From Candidatus Saccharimonadota bacterium (GTDB lineage: Bacteria; Patescibacteriota; Saccharimonadia; Saccharimonadales; OFTM59): a stretch of DNA of 64,000 nt. Of this stretch, positions 1 to 10,272 are shown piece after piece (the stretch's first letter is position 1; every line of letters starts with the position of its first letter). The position numbers and the translations under genes are program-made. The stretch is from contig JAJDCL010000008.1 of NCBI GenBank assembly GCA_029260875.1, positions 2,546 to 66,545 of the forward strand, written 5' to 3'. The notes under the pieces are model-generated. The model was not told the origin of the DNA, did not search any database, and saw nothing but the letters and a program-made list of their open reading frames with translations.

Positions 1-314
1 TTGTTGTTGTAGGTCTGATTGCATTAATAATTCCCGGGCTAATTGTTATACGAAGATATTTCCTGGCTCCATATTTTATAGTAGACCAGGGCCTGGGCAT
101 AAAAGACGCTATGGCGGCAAGTGCTCAAGTTTCTAAACTGCATGTTAAAGCGATATGGAGCATCATAGGTGTTATGGTTTTGCTAAGTGTGTTTAATATT
201 ATCCCTATATGGGGCGGTATGATAAGTTTGATTTTGGTTACACTGTACTCATGCGCGCCTGCGCTAAGGTATCTTGAGCTTTCAAAGCATGCACGCACCT
301 TGAGTAAAAAGTAA
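1..314 (+). CDS. integral membrane protein, C-terminal fragment (gene starts left of the window)
   Basis: The frame of the listed 111..314 ORF stays open back to base 3 (VVVGLIALIIPGLIVIRRYFLAPYFIVDQG...). It has hydrophobic helices and ends at TAA 312-314. No family recognised. Confidence 0.5.
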   Translation, partial: VVVGLIALIIPGLIVIRRYFLAPYFIVDQGLGIKDAMAASAQVSKLHVKAIWSIIGVMVLLSVFNIIPIWGGMISLILVTLYSCAPALRYLELSKHARTLSKK

Positions 315-854
315 TTAATCTGTCAGCTTGCGGTAAAACACTAATTTAGCATCGCCATATGACTTTGCAGAAAGCTCTCTGTAGTTCTCTGGGGGTAGCA
401 AAAAACCACTGTCAGGGGGCAAAGACAGAACTACAATACCCTTCTTTTTTGTGTGCTCCGCCATTTTGCCAAGCAAATCGTATCTTATACCGTCGTAGGG
501 GGGGTCACACATGACGACGTCAAACCTTACTTTGGGATTATTGTCAGACCACGAACTATTGTTTGCGCGGATAGGTTTTATTTCGTTGCCCAAACCAAGC
601 AACTGAATATTGGCATTTATCTTGTTGAGTGCGTTTTTGTCTACATCAAGCGCCGTAACAGCTTTTGCGCCCCTGCTGATAGCTTCAAAAGACAATGCAC
701 CACTGCCAGCAAATGCATCCAGTACGGATAAGCCTGTTACGTCCCCGAGTGCGTTGAACAGCGCGTTCCGTATCTTTTCACTCATCGGGTGGGTGCGATT
801 ACCGGAAGGCGATTCAAAAGTTCTTCCACCCAGCTCCCCCGACACGATTCTCAT
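315..854 (-). CDS. rsmD: 16S rRNA (guanine966-N2)-methyltransferase RsmD
   Basis: 179 aa. SAM-binding LDAFAGSGALSFEAISRGA and the catalytic DPPY motif (MCDPPYD), with an RsmD-like N-terminus. Confidence 0.9.
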   Translation of the reverse strand: MRIVSGELGGRTFESPSGNRTHPMSEKIRNALFNALGDVTGLSVLDAFAGSGALSFEAISRGAKAVTALDVDKNALNKINANIQLLGLGNEIKPIRANNSSWSDNNPKVRFDVVMCDPPYDGIRYDLLGKMAEHTKKKGIVVLSLPPDSGFLLPPENYRELSAKSYGDAKLVFYRKLTD

Positions 855-1660
855 GCCAAGCCCGCCTCTTTTAGGGCGCTATACCACGTCAGGGTCACTG
901 TCTGAACCATTAGTGGTGCTAAGCGGTGCCTGGCTTGCCATGCAAGCTTAGGTGTCCAGCCTTTTTCGTAGTATTTTTCATACATACTAAGCACGGCTAT
1001 TTCTCTAGCTGCATGCTTAAACCAGGCAATCGGCCCTATCTTTTCCATCCTTTTTTTGTCAGCTAATTTAGGTTTTGCCTCGCCAAAACGCAGTGGAGCT
1101 ATAATTGTTGCCAGCCCAATTTCAAATAATCCGTGAGTAGTCAGCAGCCCTTTTGGTCCCCACATTTTCCAGTTATTCTTAACACTTTCACGGTGCGTTG
1201 CACCAGACATGATTATCTTTTGCCTCACACTTGTACGTGTTTCTATGCCCTCGCCACGGATCTCAACTAATTTTTTTTCGTACGGATAGTGGTGCGCTGG
1301 CGTCAACCCGTCAACCATGGCATGAGAAAGCCAGGCAGCCTCAAAAGCAGCACGCTCAGTATTGCCCTTCTTAAGTTGTCTCACTAGCTCTTTATAGTGG
1401 TCTTCTATGAGCTCAATTATGCCATAATCTTTATCATCAAACGGGCTGTAATAGTGCCACGGCTCATCTTTTGCAGGACTTTTGCGCTTTATACCATCAG
1501 GGCCATTCTTCCCTTCAAAATATATAATCATCTTTATGTCCGGGAAGCTGGACATGTTCTGGGTTATCTTCGCAAGGTGTTTATGCGCGACTCTATCAAT
1601 GCGTTGATGAGCACCTAATACCCGTCCAGAATATCTTGTAAGCGTCGTTCCGGAATACAT
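851..1660 (-). CDS. conserved hypothetical protein, possibly zinc-dependent phospholipase C / P1-nuclease fold
   Basis: 269 aa. His-containing motifs are spaced like PLC-type zinc ligands (GAHQRIDRVAH, WHYYSP, SHAMVDGLTPAHH, THGLFE). 4-nt overlap with the rsmD start. Functional call tentative. Confidence 0.45.
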   Translation of the reverse strand: MYSGTTLTRYSGRVLGAHQRIDRVAHKHLAKITQNMSSFPDIKMIIYFEGKNGPDGIKRKSPAKDEPWHYYSPFDDKDYGIIELIEDHYKELVRQLKKGNTERAAFEAAWLSHAMVDGLTPAHHYPYEKKLVEIRGEGIETRTSVRQKIIMSGATHRESVKNNWKMWGPKGLLTTHGLFEIGLATIIAPLRFGEAKPKLADKKRMEKIGPIAWFKHAAREIAVLSMYEKYYEKGWTPKLAWQARHRLAPLMVQTVTLTWYSALKEAGLA

Positions 1661-1666
1661 AAAATC

Positions 1667-3712
1667 CTAATTTAGATTTGTAATAGCACGTAACTGCATA
1701 ACATGCTTGTTTAGCTCCTGATATTGTATCAAATCTTCGCCCCTATCAATAAATTCCTGAGCAGCTTGCCGAGCTGCAGCAATCAGCTTGATGTCAGATA
1801 ATTTAGCTATGCGCAAATCAAGCGCACCATGTTGTAATGTGCCGTAAATGGCCCCGGGACCCCTTACTTCTAAGTCCATTTCTGCCAGTTTAAATCCATC
1901 GTCAGAGGTTTCGATTGCGCGTAGCCGCCTGCTTGGCGCGCTACTATCGCCCATCACTAAGTAGCAGTAGCCCTGGTGATTACTTCGCCCGACACGCCCC
2001 CTAAGTTGATGTATTTGGGCTAGACCAAAACGCTCTGCGTTTTCAACGACCATTACAGAAGCGTTAGGTACATTAACACCAACCTCAATAACAGTTGTGG
2101 CAACCAATATGTCATATTTTTTGGCTAAAAACTGTTGCATTATTTTGTCTTTTTGATCAGAACTAAGCTTGCCGTGAAGCAACCCTACTTTCCGATCTTT
2201 GAAATACTTTCTGGAAAGCTGCGCGTGCATTGCTTCTACCGATTGGAGCGGCAATGCGCCCGACTCGCTGATAGTTGGGCAGACCACAAAGACCTGACGA
2301 CCATTTTTAATCTGTTGATTGATATCTGCGTACAGCTGTGGCCTAGAGTTTGGCGAACAAAGCTTAGTTATTATGGGTAATCGTCCAGGAGGTTTTTCAG
2401 CAATAATAGAAATATCAAGCTCACCGTACAGCGTCAAGGCAAGGCTACGTGGAATCGGTGTAGCTGTTAGCGATAGTACATGAGGCATATGGCCCGCCTT
2501 AGCCTGCAGTTTTTTCCTTTGCTCAACACCAAATCGGTGTTGTTCGTCAATTATCACCAACCCTAAACGATGCATGTCTACTTTGTCCTGGATAAGCGCG
2601 TGTGTACCGATTATAAAATTTATATCGCCCGATTTAATGCGCTCGTGTGCCACCTTTTTTTGTTTTGGCTTAAGAGAACCTGTTAGCAAACTAAGTTTAT
2701 CGGCCATCCCCAGCGGATCAAGCAACTCATGAATCGTTTCGGCATGCTGGCGTGCCAATAGTTCTGTTGGAGCCATCAAGGCAACTTGTAGGTTTTGCTT
2801 AATTACCATGAGAGCCGCCATGACAGCGACCACAGTTTTGCCCGAGCCTACATCACCGTTAGTTAAGCGGTTCATGGGCTGAGTTTTCTGCATGTCCAAA
2901 TAGATTTGCCAGACAGTTTTACGCTGATCATTAGTTAGTTTAAATGGTAATTGTTTAACAAATTCCTTAGCTAGCTTTTCGTCAAAAGGAATACTAAGCG
3001 ACTTTTCACTTGCTAGTTCGAGCTTGTTCATTAAACTAGCGAGTGTAATCCGAAAAACCTCTTCAAACCCCAGTCGGCGTCTAGCGTTTTGGAGTTGCGC
3101 GTCGTTTTCTGGAAAATGTAGAGATTCGTACGCATCGGCTCGGGGTATAAGCCCTTCCTGCTTGATTAGCCACACCGGCAATGTCTCTGGCAATGAGCGA
3201 ATAAGTGGTAGGGTTTCTCTAACAAGCTTGCGAATAAAAGCAGACTTTAACCCCTTCGTTTCGCGGTAAATTGGCACAATTCTCGCGGTGTTCACAGGAA
3301 AATCGCTTACAAGCTCCACTGAAGGATTTAAGATGCCCAGCCGCTGTCTCCTAAGCTGAAAATCACCAGATATATAGTAGTTTTGCCCAAGCTTTAAAGA
3401 TGCAACTCGGTAGGGCTGATTAAACCAGATAAGCTTTAAACTACCTGTATCATCCATAGCAACTGCCTCAGTTATGTGCATGCCCCGCCTAGCATATCGT
3501 CCCGCTGCTTGTTTAATAACACCTTGGATTGTAACAGGGCCCGGCCTTACTCTGCTAATGGCTGTTATCTGCGAATAGTCTTCGTACTTACGCGGCAAAT
3601 ACTCAATAAGTTCGCCAACACAGTTAACACCAACGGATAAAAGTTTCTTCGCCAACTCATCGCCCACCCCTTTTAGGGTGCTGACACTGCTGTCTAGTCT
3701 CATACCTGACAA
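1667..3712 (-). CDS. recG: ATP-dependent DNA helicase RecG
   Basis: 681 aa. N-terminal wedge/OB region, Walker A GDVGSGKTVVA, DEQHRFG box and helicase C motifs (QLRGRVGR). Confidence 0.95.
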   Translation of the reverse strand: MSGMRLDSSVSTLKGVGDELAKKLLSVGVNCVGELIEYLPRKYEDYSQITAISRVRPGPVTIQGVIKQAAGRYARRGMHITEAVAMDDTGSLKLIWFNQPYRVASLKLGQNYYISGDFQLRRQRLGILNPSVELVSDFPVNTARIVPIYRETKGLKSAFIRKLVRETLPLIRSLPETLPVWLIKQEGLIPRADAYESLHFPENDAQLQNARRRLGFEEVFRITLASLMNKLELASEKSLSIPFDEKLAKEFVKQLPFKLTNDQRKTVWQIYLDMQKTQPMNRLTNGDVGSGKTVVAVMAALMVIKQNLQVALMAPTELLARQHAETIHELLDPLGMADKLSLLTGSLKPKQKKVAHERIKSGDINFIIGTHALIQDKVDMHRLGLVIIDEQHRFGVEQRKKLQAKAGHMPHVLSLTATPIPRSLALTLYGELDISIIAEKPPGRLPIITKLCSPNSRPQLYADINQQIKNGRQVFVVCPTISESGALPLQSVEAMHAQLSRKYFKDRKVGLLHGKLSSDQKDKIMQQFLAKKYDILVATTVIEVGVNVPNASVMVVENAERFGLAQIHQLRGRVGRSNHQGYCYLVMGDSSAPSRRLRAIETSDDGFKLAEMDLEVRGPGAIYGTLQHGALDLRIAKLSDIKLIAAARQAAQEFIDRGEDLIQYQELNKHVMQLRAITNLN

Positions 3713-3720
3713 GTATAAGG

Positions 3721-4488
3721 TTATTTGGCTTTACGAACTAGGAAGAATACACTGGGGCCGAAGTAAGTTTTAGCTAAAGTCGGCTGCAACACTTGCTCAG
3801 CAGCAAGCATTAAGGCGCGTGGCAAGATTTTCTTAAGACTTTGAGATCTCAGGTTTGATACGGACAGAATACGTTCAACCTTCAACCCAGCGTGCGCTAA
3901 TTGCTTAGCGACGGTTTTAGGATTGTGGTTAACAAAAGCGATCTCATCAGGTCTACGGTTCTCTGCAGAACGAATATCTATTGGCTGTTTTGGCAAAGCT
4001 TGGCCTTTTAATAGGTGCTTAATACGGTTACGCGCATGGGCATAGTTTGCCATCTCAAGAATGATATATCCTTTGTCAGAAAGCACACGTGACAACTCAG
4101 AAAATTCTTGCGAAGGATCCGGCAAGTGGTGCATAACACGTATCATAGTTATAAGGTCAACACTGCCATCTTTAAATTTCAGGTCATCAGCTTGCATTTT
4201 TTTCTGCGCAATACGGGGGTATTTCTTAAGATATGCGGCAGCAATGTCAAGTTGTGCTTGTGACGGCTCGGCAAGGGTTATGTTGTCGGCATAATTTTGC
4301 AGTAATACACACAAACGCCCATATCCTCCACCTATATCCACCGCCTGGTCAAAATGTTTCCCCTTAAGTAGCCGTTTAATAGCTAGTTCTTCAGCGGCAT
4401 GTTCGTAGGCACGGCCCGTCCAATAATGAAGATAATTATAGTTGTCATTATCGTATTGATTGGCTTTTTTGTGGCTATTTTTTGTCAT
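3721..4488 (-). CDS. class I SAM-dependent methyltransferase
   Basis: 255 aa. Motif I VDIGGGYGRL, followed by an acidic post-I residue and the DLITMIRVMHH region. Confidence 0.8.
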   Translation of the reverse strand: MTKNSHKKANQYDNDNYNYLHYWTGRAYEHAAEELAIKRLLKGKHFDQAVDIGGGYGRLCVLLQNYADNITLAEPSQAQLDIAAAYLKKYPRIAQKKMQADDLKFKDGSVDLITMIRVMHHLPDPSQEFSELSRVLSDKGYIILEMANYAHARNRIKHLLKGQALPKQPIDIRSAENRRPDEIAFVNHNPKTVAKQLAHAGLKVERILSVSNLRSQSLKKILPRALMLAAEQVLQPTLAKTYFGPSVFFLVRKAK

Positions 4489-4506
4489 AACTCGGACAAG
4501 TATACA

Positions 4507-5754
4507 CTATTTGACCTTAATTAATGCGGGGTATTTTTTGCCTTTGAAAACCACCACGTAGCCTTCTGTGCTGGCAGACTTTAGTAGCGGAGTTTCACCC
4601 GACGCTATATCAATTAACTGGCTGCTTGTGATGGCTTTGCTAGCTATTAAATTACGTGCATCTGATTTACTGCTTGCAAGACCCGTACTTATTAACGCGT
4701 CGGCAATATTCGTGCCCTCGTTTACCTCAACATACGGAAGTTCACCTTCAAGTTGCTCAAAATCTTTTGCTGAAAATTCATGAAAATCACGACTAAATAG
4801 ACTTATGCTAATCTTTTTTTGTATTTCAGCCTGTTCATGGCCATGGACAACTTTTGTAACCTCGTAAGCCAAAGTTTTTTGGGCTAAACGCTGCCCTGGA
4901 TTTGCGCGGAACTCAGTCATAATTGATTGGATCTTGTCATGGTCTAGGAGCGTATATATCTTAAGGTAATCTTCAGCGCTTTCGTCGTCTACATTCAGCC
5001 AGAACTGGTAGAACTTAAATGAACTCGTCATGGCTTGGTCCAGCCATATTGCCCCTTCTTCACTTTTGCCAAACTTTTTACCGGTAGACTTATTGATGAT
5101 TAATGGAGCAGTCCAGACGTGTGCTTCTTTACCCGTAATCCGCCTAACAAGCTCTACCCCCGCAATGCTATTTCCCCACTGGTCTGACCCCGCCACCTGA
5201 AGCGTCACACCCAGTTCTTTAAACAACTGCAAAAAGTCGTAGCCTTGTATTAATGCATAGCTAAACTCGGCATAGCTTATGCCTGCTCCGTTATCTTTTA
5301 GACGCTCCTGCACAAACTCTCTACCAAGCATCTGTCGCATCGGTACGTGTTTTCCGATTTCGCGTAAAAATTGCAGATAGCCCATGCTCTTAAACCATTC
5401 AAGGTTATCAACAAGCTTAAAGTCTAGCCCCTTAAAAATTTTCTCGTACTGGCTTACTATGGCTTTTTTATTGGCTTCAATTTCGTTCAAAGGCTTCAGA
5501 GTCCGCTCCTCACTCTTGCCATCAGGATCACCAATCATGCCAGTTGCACCGCCTATAAGCAACACCGCCTTGTGCCCATGCGAAATAAAATGCCTAACCA
5601 TCATTGCCATTGCTAGATGCCCGATAGTCATTGAGGGAGCACTAGGATCAACTCCCCAATAAAAAGTGAGTGGCGCCTTATCAAGCTCCTTAATATCTTT
5701 AAGCGTCGTTTGGTTAACGAAGCCACGCCAGGTGAGTTCTTCGGATAATTTCAT
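4507..5754 (-). CDS. tyrS: tyrosine--tRNA ligase
   Basis: 415 aa. HIGH-type motif (PSMTIGHL), KMSKS-type motif KFGKS and a C-terminal S4-like domain. Confidence 0.95.
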   Translation of the reverse strand: MKLSEELTWRGFVNQTTLKDIKELDKAPLTFYWGVDPSAPSMTIGHLAMAMMVRHFISHGHKAVLLIGGATGMIGDPDGKSEERTLKPLNEIEANKKAIVSQYEKIFKGLDFKLVDNLEWFKSMGYLQFLREIGKHVPMRQMLGREFVQERLKDNGAGISYAEFSYALIQGYDFLQLFKELGVTLQVAGSDQWGNSIAGVELVRRITGKEAHVWTAPLIINKSTGKKFGKSEEGAIWLDQAMTSSFKFYQFWLNVDDESAEDYLKIYTLLDHDKIQSIMTEFRANPGQRLAQKTLAYEVTKVVHGHEQAEIQKKISISLFSRDFHEFSAKDFEQLEGELPYVEVNEGTNIADALISTGLASSKSDARNLIASKAITSSQLIDIASGETPLLKSASTEGYVVVFKGKKYPALIKVK

Positions 5755-5808
5755 AGTTTTACTCTAATATACTATAACAACTCCTGTAAATTAGTACGTC
5801 TATAAGTC

Positions 5809-5835
5809 TTGCCTTAGGCATAAGTTTGATATAAT
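5809..5835 (+). promoter_or_regulatory. putative promoter of the PBP gene (TTGCCT-N15-TGaTATAAT)
   Basis: -35-like TTGCCT at 5809-5814 and extended -10 TGaTATAAT at 5827-5835. The ATG lies 11 nt downstream of the -10, implying a very short leader. Confidence 0.4.
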
Positions 5836-5846
5836 GGGGTAAATCT

Positions 5847-8800
5847 ATGGGAAATAATAGTAAGTCACGAACTCCTCGTTTTAAGCGCTCACGCTCTGGC
5901 GCTCGGAAATCTAAAAACACGTTCACAACTAGGTCTGGCCAGACAATCAAGATTCATCGTAACATCGTAGAAAAATTGCACGCCCGACGCGACGCCAGTG
6001 CGCGCAAGCGCGCTCTGAGAATGGCTGGTATGCCAAAAAGCCGTTTTAAACGAATTGTTTATCGCATGCATCCGAAACGTCTTTATAAGTACTGGTTCAG
6101 TCGTGAGGGCGCAATTATGGCGCTCAAAGTTACAGGTATAGGGATTGTGTCTGGTTTTTTGGTGCTCGTAGGGTTGTTTGCATACTTCAGGAAGGATTTA
6201 CCGAACTTACGAGATATATCCGGAGATAACATCGGTGGTAGTGTCCTCTACTATGATAAAACTGGGACAACCTTGCTGTGGGAAGATTATGAGGCTGTAA
6301 AACGCATACCAGTACACGGCGAAGCGTCACAGTATATGAAAGATGCCACAATCGCCATAGAGGACAAGGATTTCTTCAGTCACGGAGGGTTTGATGTACG
6401 AGGCATTAGCCGTGCTGCAGTTAATAATGTATTCGGGCGCGAGGGCACAACCCAGGGAGGATCAACTATTACACAGCAGCTGGTTAAGCTAACTCAGAGC
6501 TGGACCAATGAGCGCACCTATACACGCAAAGTTAAAGAGCTTATCCTGGCCGTTGAGCTTGAAAGGACCTACAGCAAACAAGAAATACTGGACGGCTATC
6601 TAGATACTGCGCCGTATGGCGATATTACCTATGGCGTAGAAGCAGCGTCGCAAGATTATTTTAACAAGCCAGCTTTAGACTTGACACTGGATGAAGCAGC
6701 ATTTTTGGCAGCAATGCCTCAGTCACCTACATATTATTCGCCCCACGGTGCACGACACAATGCTGAGGCTTTAGTAGGACGGATGCACTACATTCTTGAT
6801 CAAATGGAGGATCAAGGCATGATCTCCAAAGAGCAGCGCGATGAGGCGAAAGCCGTTGAAACCTTAGCTAAGCTTAAGCCTCGCCGACGTAAGTACGACG
6901 GCATGCAGGCTCCTTGGTTCGTCTTAACAGCGAAGGAACACCTGCAAGAACGCTGCAAAGAAACAGTCACTTGTGGTGGCTGGAAGGTTACTACCACTCT
7001 TGACTTAGACTTACAAAAATTGGCAGAAGAACAGGTTCAGAAGGGTCTCGCACAAGTACGGCGCCAGCGGGGTGACACAGCTGCATTTGTGGCTGAAGAC
7101 GTAAAAACCGGTCAGGTTGTTGCGCTAGTCGGGGGTGCAGAATTCGGGCCAGATAAGCCAGCTGGTGAGGTTAACTTTGCCAGAGAAAAGCTACCTCCTG
7201 GCTCTAGCTTTAAGCCGTACGATTACTTGGCGCTTATAGAACATACTGATCAGTTTGGAGCCGGGTCAGTACTATATGACACAGTCGGCCCGCTTGAAGG
7301 AGAAGGATACCAGTGCACCAACAGAGCACGGCCCCCTGTGGGTAACTGTCTTAACGACTATGATTTTCGCCAACCTGGCCCTTTGACGCTTCGCTACGCG
7401 CTAGGCGGATCGCGTAATATTCCAGCCGTCAAGGCCATGCTAATAGCTGGCATTGATAAGACTATAGAGACCGCAAATAAGCTTATGGGAGCTGAGGACC
7501 ATGGCTATGCATGCTACGAGTACGGAGATGTTTCGTTAACGAAAGAGGCACCTTGTGGTGGCTCATCAGCAATTGGTGATGGCGCGTTTTTGCAGCTAGA
7601 TGAACATGTACACGGATACGCTACCATGTCACGTAATGGTAACCGTATCGATCAGACATATATTTTGGAAATTCAAGATGGCTCTGGAAAAACTGTAGAA
7701 AAATGGCAGCCAAAGGCAGGCGAGCAAGTAGTAAGAGACGAAGCAGCGTATATAGTGGCCGATATGCTCTCGGACCCTAACGCAAGCTACTTAAGTCGCA
7801 AGCCCCATAACTATAAAAACCACAAAATATCTTACAAAACCGGAACTACGAACGATTCTAAAGACGGTTGGATGATGAGCTTTTCAACTTATTACGCAGC
7901 TGGTGTTTGGGTTGGTTATCACGACCGCAGCGTAGAAATGAGCGGTTTTATGGAAAATATGACTCAACCTATATTGCAGGGCTGGATGCAGGGTGCACAC
8001 AACAACTTACAACCCGAAGAGCGCCCAAGACCTGCAGGTATTCAGGTTTTACCTGCGTTTGTTGTTCGCAACCATGTCGGTGTTGGCTCGGTAGAGCCTA
8101 GCCCAGCTACTGACTTGTACCCTTCTTGGTACAAGAAAAAAGTTGCCGCCAAGAAACAAACCATAGATAAAGTATCAAATAAGCTTGCGACCGATTGTAC
8201 GCCTGCTCGTGCACGTGAAGAAGTCACCGGTGGCGGAGCAGCTGAATTCTCTGGTGACAAATTTGTTGGTGGCGGTGGTACCACCGAAGACAAAGATGAT
8301 GTTCACCAATGTAGCGACGTTAAACCCAGCATATCTATCAGTGTTGTGCCCCAGGGCAGTAGCTATCTTATCGGGGCAACTGTTGTTGGTGGCACACATC
8401 CGTTATCTAGCGACCGCTTCCCCGGTACTGTTAACTTTATCGTAGAAGGCCAGGTCATACGATCTTTCAATGTGACAGGCAACGGCCCCATCGCCTCATT
8501 TACATACACGCCCACCTTTGTTGGCACTAAAACAATGACAGTGGAGGTAATTGATAGCGTCCTTTACGACGGACAAGACAGCGCTAACATAACGGCTGTG
8601 AGCCCAGGAGAAGATGATAACGATAATAGTCTAACTACACCATCAGCAAGCGGGCCGGTGGGGGTAGGTGGCACATCAACAACAATTAGCTGGTCGGGGG
8701 GAACGCCCGGCTACACTGTTTTAGTTGATGGCCCTGGCGGAGGCAGCTCCTTTACTTCTGGCTGCACGACTTCTGGGACATCCTGCAATATAACAACCGC

Positions 8801-8876
8801 CACCCCCGGTACATATAGGGTTAAAGTGCGCGATAGTAAGAACGACGAAAGTTCCGTAATTACATTTAGCAGGTAG
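5847..8876 (+). CDS. class A penicillin-binding protein (glycosyltransferase GT51 + transpeptidase) with long N- and C-terminal extensions
   Basis: 1009 aa. GT51 motifs EDKDFFSHGGFD and GGSTITQQLVK. Transpeptidase motifs SSFKP (SxxK) and KTGTT. One TM helix after a basic tail of about 90 aa. C-terminal region of about 270 aa, rich in Gly/Thr/Ser. Confidence 0.9.
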   Translation: MGNNSKSRTPRFKRSRSGARKSKNTFTTRSGQTIKIHRNIVEKLHARRDASARKRALRMAGMPKSRFKRIVYRMHPKRLYKYWFSREGAIMALKVTGIGIVSGFLVLVGLFAYFRKDLPNLRDISGDNIGGSVLYYDKTGTTLLWEDYEAVKRIPVHGEASQYMKDATIAIEDKDFFSHGGFDVRGISRAAVNNVFGREGTTQGGSTITQQLVKLTQSWTNERTYTRKVKELILAVELERTYSKQEILDGYLDTAPYGDITYGVEAASQDYFNKPALDLTLDEAAFLAAMPQSPTYYSPHGARHNAEALVGRMHYILDQMEDQGMISKEQRDEAKAVETLAKLKPRRRKYDGMQAPWFVLTAKEHLQERCKETVTCGGWKVTTTLDLDLQKLAEEQVQKGLAQVRRQRGDTAAFVAEDVKTGQVVALVGGAEFGPDKPAGEVNFAREKLPPGSSFKPYDYLALIEHTDQFGAGSVLYDTVGPLEGEGYQCTNRARPPVGNCLNDYDFRQPGPLTLRYALGGSRNIPAVKAMLIAGIDKTIETANKLMGAEDHGYACYEYGDVSLTKEAPCGGSSAIGDGAFLQLDEHVHGYATMSRNGNRIDQTYILEIQDGSGKTVEKWQPKAGEQVVRDEAAYIVADMLSDPNASYLSRKPHNYKNHKISYKTGTTNDSKDGWMMSFSTYYAAGVWVGYHDRSVEMSGFMENMTQPILQGWMQGAHNNLQPEERPRPAGIQVLPAFVVRNHVGVGSVEPSPATDLYPSWYKKKVAAKKQTIDKVSNKLATDCTPARAREEVTGGGAAEFSGDKFVGGGGTTEDKDDVHQCSDVKPSISISVVPQGSSYLIGATVVGGTHPLSSDRFPGTVNFIVEGQVIRSFNVTGNGPIASFTYTPTFVGTKTMTVEVIDSVLYDGQDSANITAVSPGEDDNDNSLTTPSASGPVGVGGTSTTISWSGGTPGYTVLVDGPGGGSSFTSGCTTSGTSCNITTATPGTYRVKVRDSKNDESSVITFSR

Positions 8877-8884
8877 ATATATCC

Positions 8885-10228
8885 TTAGTCCTTTTGCAGA
8901 AAAGTATTGAGCGCACTTCTTATGTCTGGAACTCCTAGATATTTTGTAAGTTTTTTGTCTTTTAACTGAGGCCCTATGCATAATTCAAAACCAAGTTTTT
9001 TAGCCTCAGACACTCGTTTTTCAATCAGCGGAACATGACGAACTTCTCCACTAAGGCCTACCTCACCAAAGACCACTGCGTTTTTCTTAAGCTGTAAGCC
9101 CTTTGCTGCCGATCCTATAGCCATACAGATAGCCAGGTCAGCCGCTGGCTCGTTCAGGCGTATACCCCCGACAATATTTATATAAATGTCTTGGTCAGCC
9201 AGATTAAGCTTTGTGCGACGCTCCAGCATAGCCACCAATAGGTTAACTCTGTTTAGGTCAATCCCGCTAGCCGTACGTTTCGGGTAGCCATAGCTTGTAC
9301 GATTTACTAGAGCCTGGACTTCTACAAGTAATGGCCGCGTTCCTTCTATAGTTGCCAACACAACTGATCCGTCGGTTATCTGTCTTTCTGCTAGCAAAGC
9401 CGCAGAGGGGTTTCTTACCGGCACCAGGCCCTTATCGGTCATCTCAAAGATACCAGCTTCATTTGTGGTACCATAACGGTTTTTCATCGCCCGAAGCACC
9501 TTAAACCCACCATAACGATCACCTTCTAGCTGCAACACAACGTCTACTACATGTTCCAATACTTTTGGGCCTGCAATTGAGCCTTCTTTAGTTACGTGGC
9601 CCACTAAAATAAGCGATGTGTTGGTTTTTTTAGCTGCTGTCGTTAGTAATTGTGTGCTGTTGGTTATCTGGCTTACTGTGCCTGCGGCTGAAGCTATATC
9701 TTTGCAACTAAGCGTTTGTATGGAATCAACAATAACAGCTTCGTATTTTCCGCCGGCAATTGTCGCGGCTATATCGTCAGCTATTGTACTAGTGGCAAGC
9801 TGGAGCCCTTCGGTGCTCGTGCCTAAACGTTCTGCCCTGATGCCAATTTGGTGTGATGATTCTTCGCCACTAACATATAGGACCTTATGCGCTTTCGCTA
9901 AATTATATGCAACCTGTAGCAATAACGTGCTTTTGCCTATGCCAGGCTGACCCGCGATTAAGTTAACACTGCCAGCGACTAAGCCCCCGCCCAATACATC
10001 GTCAACTTCAGCTATATTTGAGACAAGCCTTTTGTGGTCATGCTTAATAGAGGCTGTAACATCTTCTGCTAGAAGGATGTTGCCCCCGCTTTTTAACTTT
10101 CCCTGCTTAATAACAAGCTGTTCCTCCAGTGTGTTCCACTGCGCACAGGCAGGACAACGACCACTCCATGTACCATGCTCCGCTCCACAATTCGTGCAGA
10201 CGTATCTTACTGTGTCTCTTTTAGCCAT
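8885..10228 (-). CDS. radA: DNA repair protein RadA/Sms
   Basis: 447 aa. Zinc finger CTNCGAEHGTWSGRCPAC, Walker A GQPGIGKST, KNRYG motif and a Lon-like C-terminal domain. Confidence 0.95.
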   Translation of the reverse strand: MAKRDTVRYVCTNCGAEHGTWSGRCPACAQWNTLEEQLVIKQGKLKSGGNILLAEDVTASIKHDHKRLVSNIAEVDDVLGGGLVAGSVNLIAGQPGIGKSTLLLQVAYNLAKAHKVLYVSGEESSHQIGIRAERLGTSTEGLQLATSTIADDIAATIAGGKYEAVIVDSIQTLSCKDIASAAGTVSQITNSTQLLTTAAKKTNTSLILVGHVTKEGSIAGPKVLEHVVDVVLQLEGDRYGGFKVLRAMKNRYGTTNEAGIFEMTDKGLVPVRNPSAALLAERQITDGSVVLATIEGTRPLLVEVQALVNRTSYGYPKRTASGIDLNRVNLLVAMLERRTKLNLADQDIYINIVGGIRLNEPAADLAICMAIGSAAKGLQLKKNAVVFGEVGLSGEVRHVPLIEKRVSEAKKLGFELCIGPQLKDKKLTKYLGVPDIRSALNTFLQKD

Positions 10229-10272
10229 ACAGCAAGTTTACACAAATTCTTGTAATGAAGCATTAGATAATA

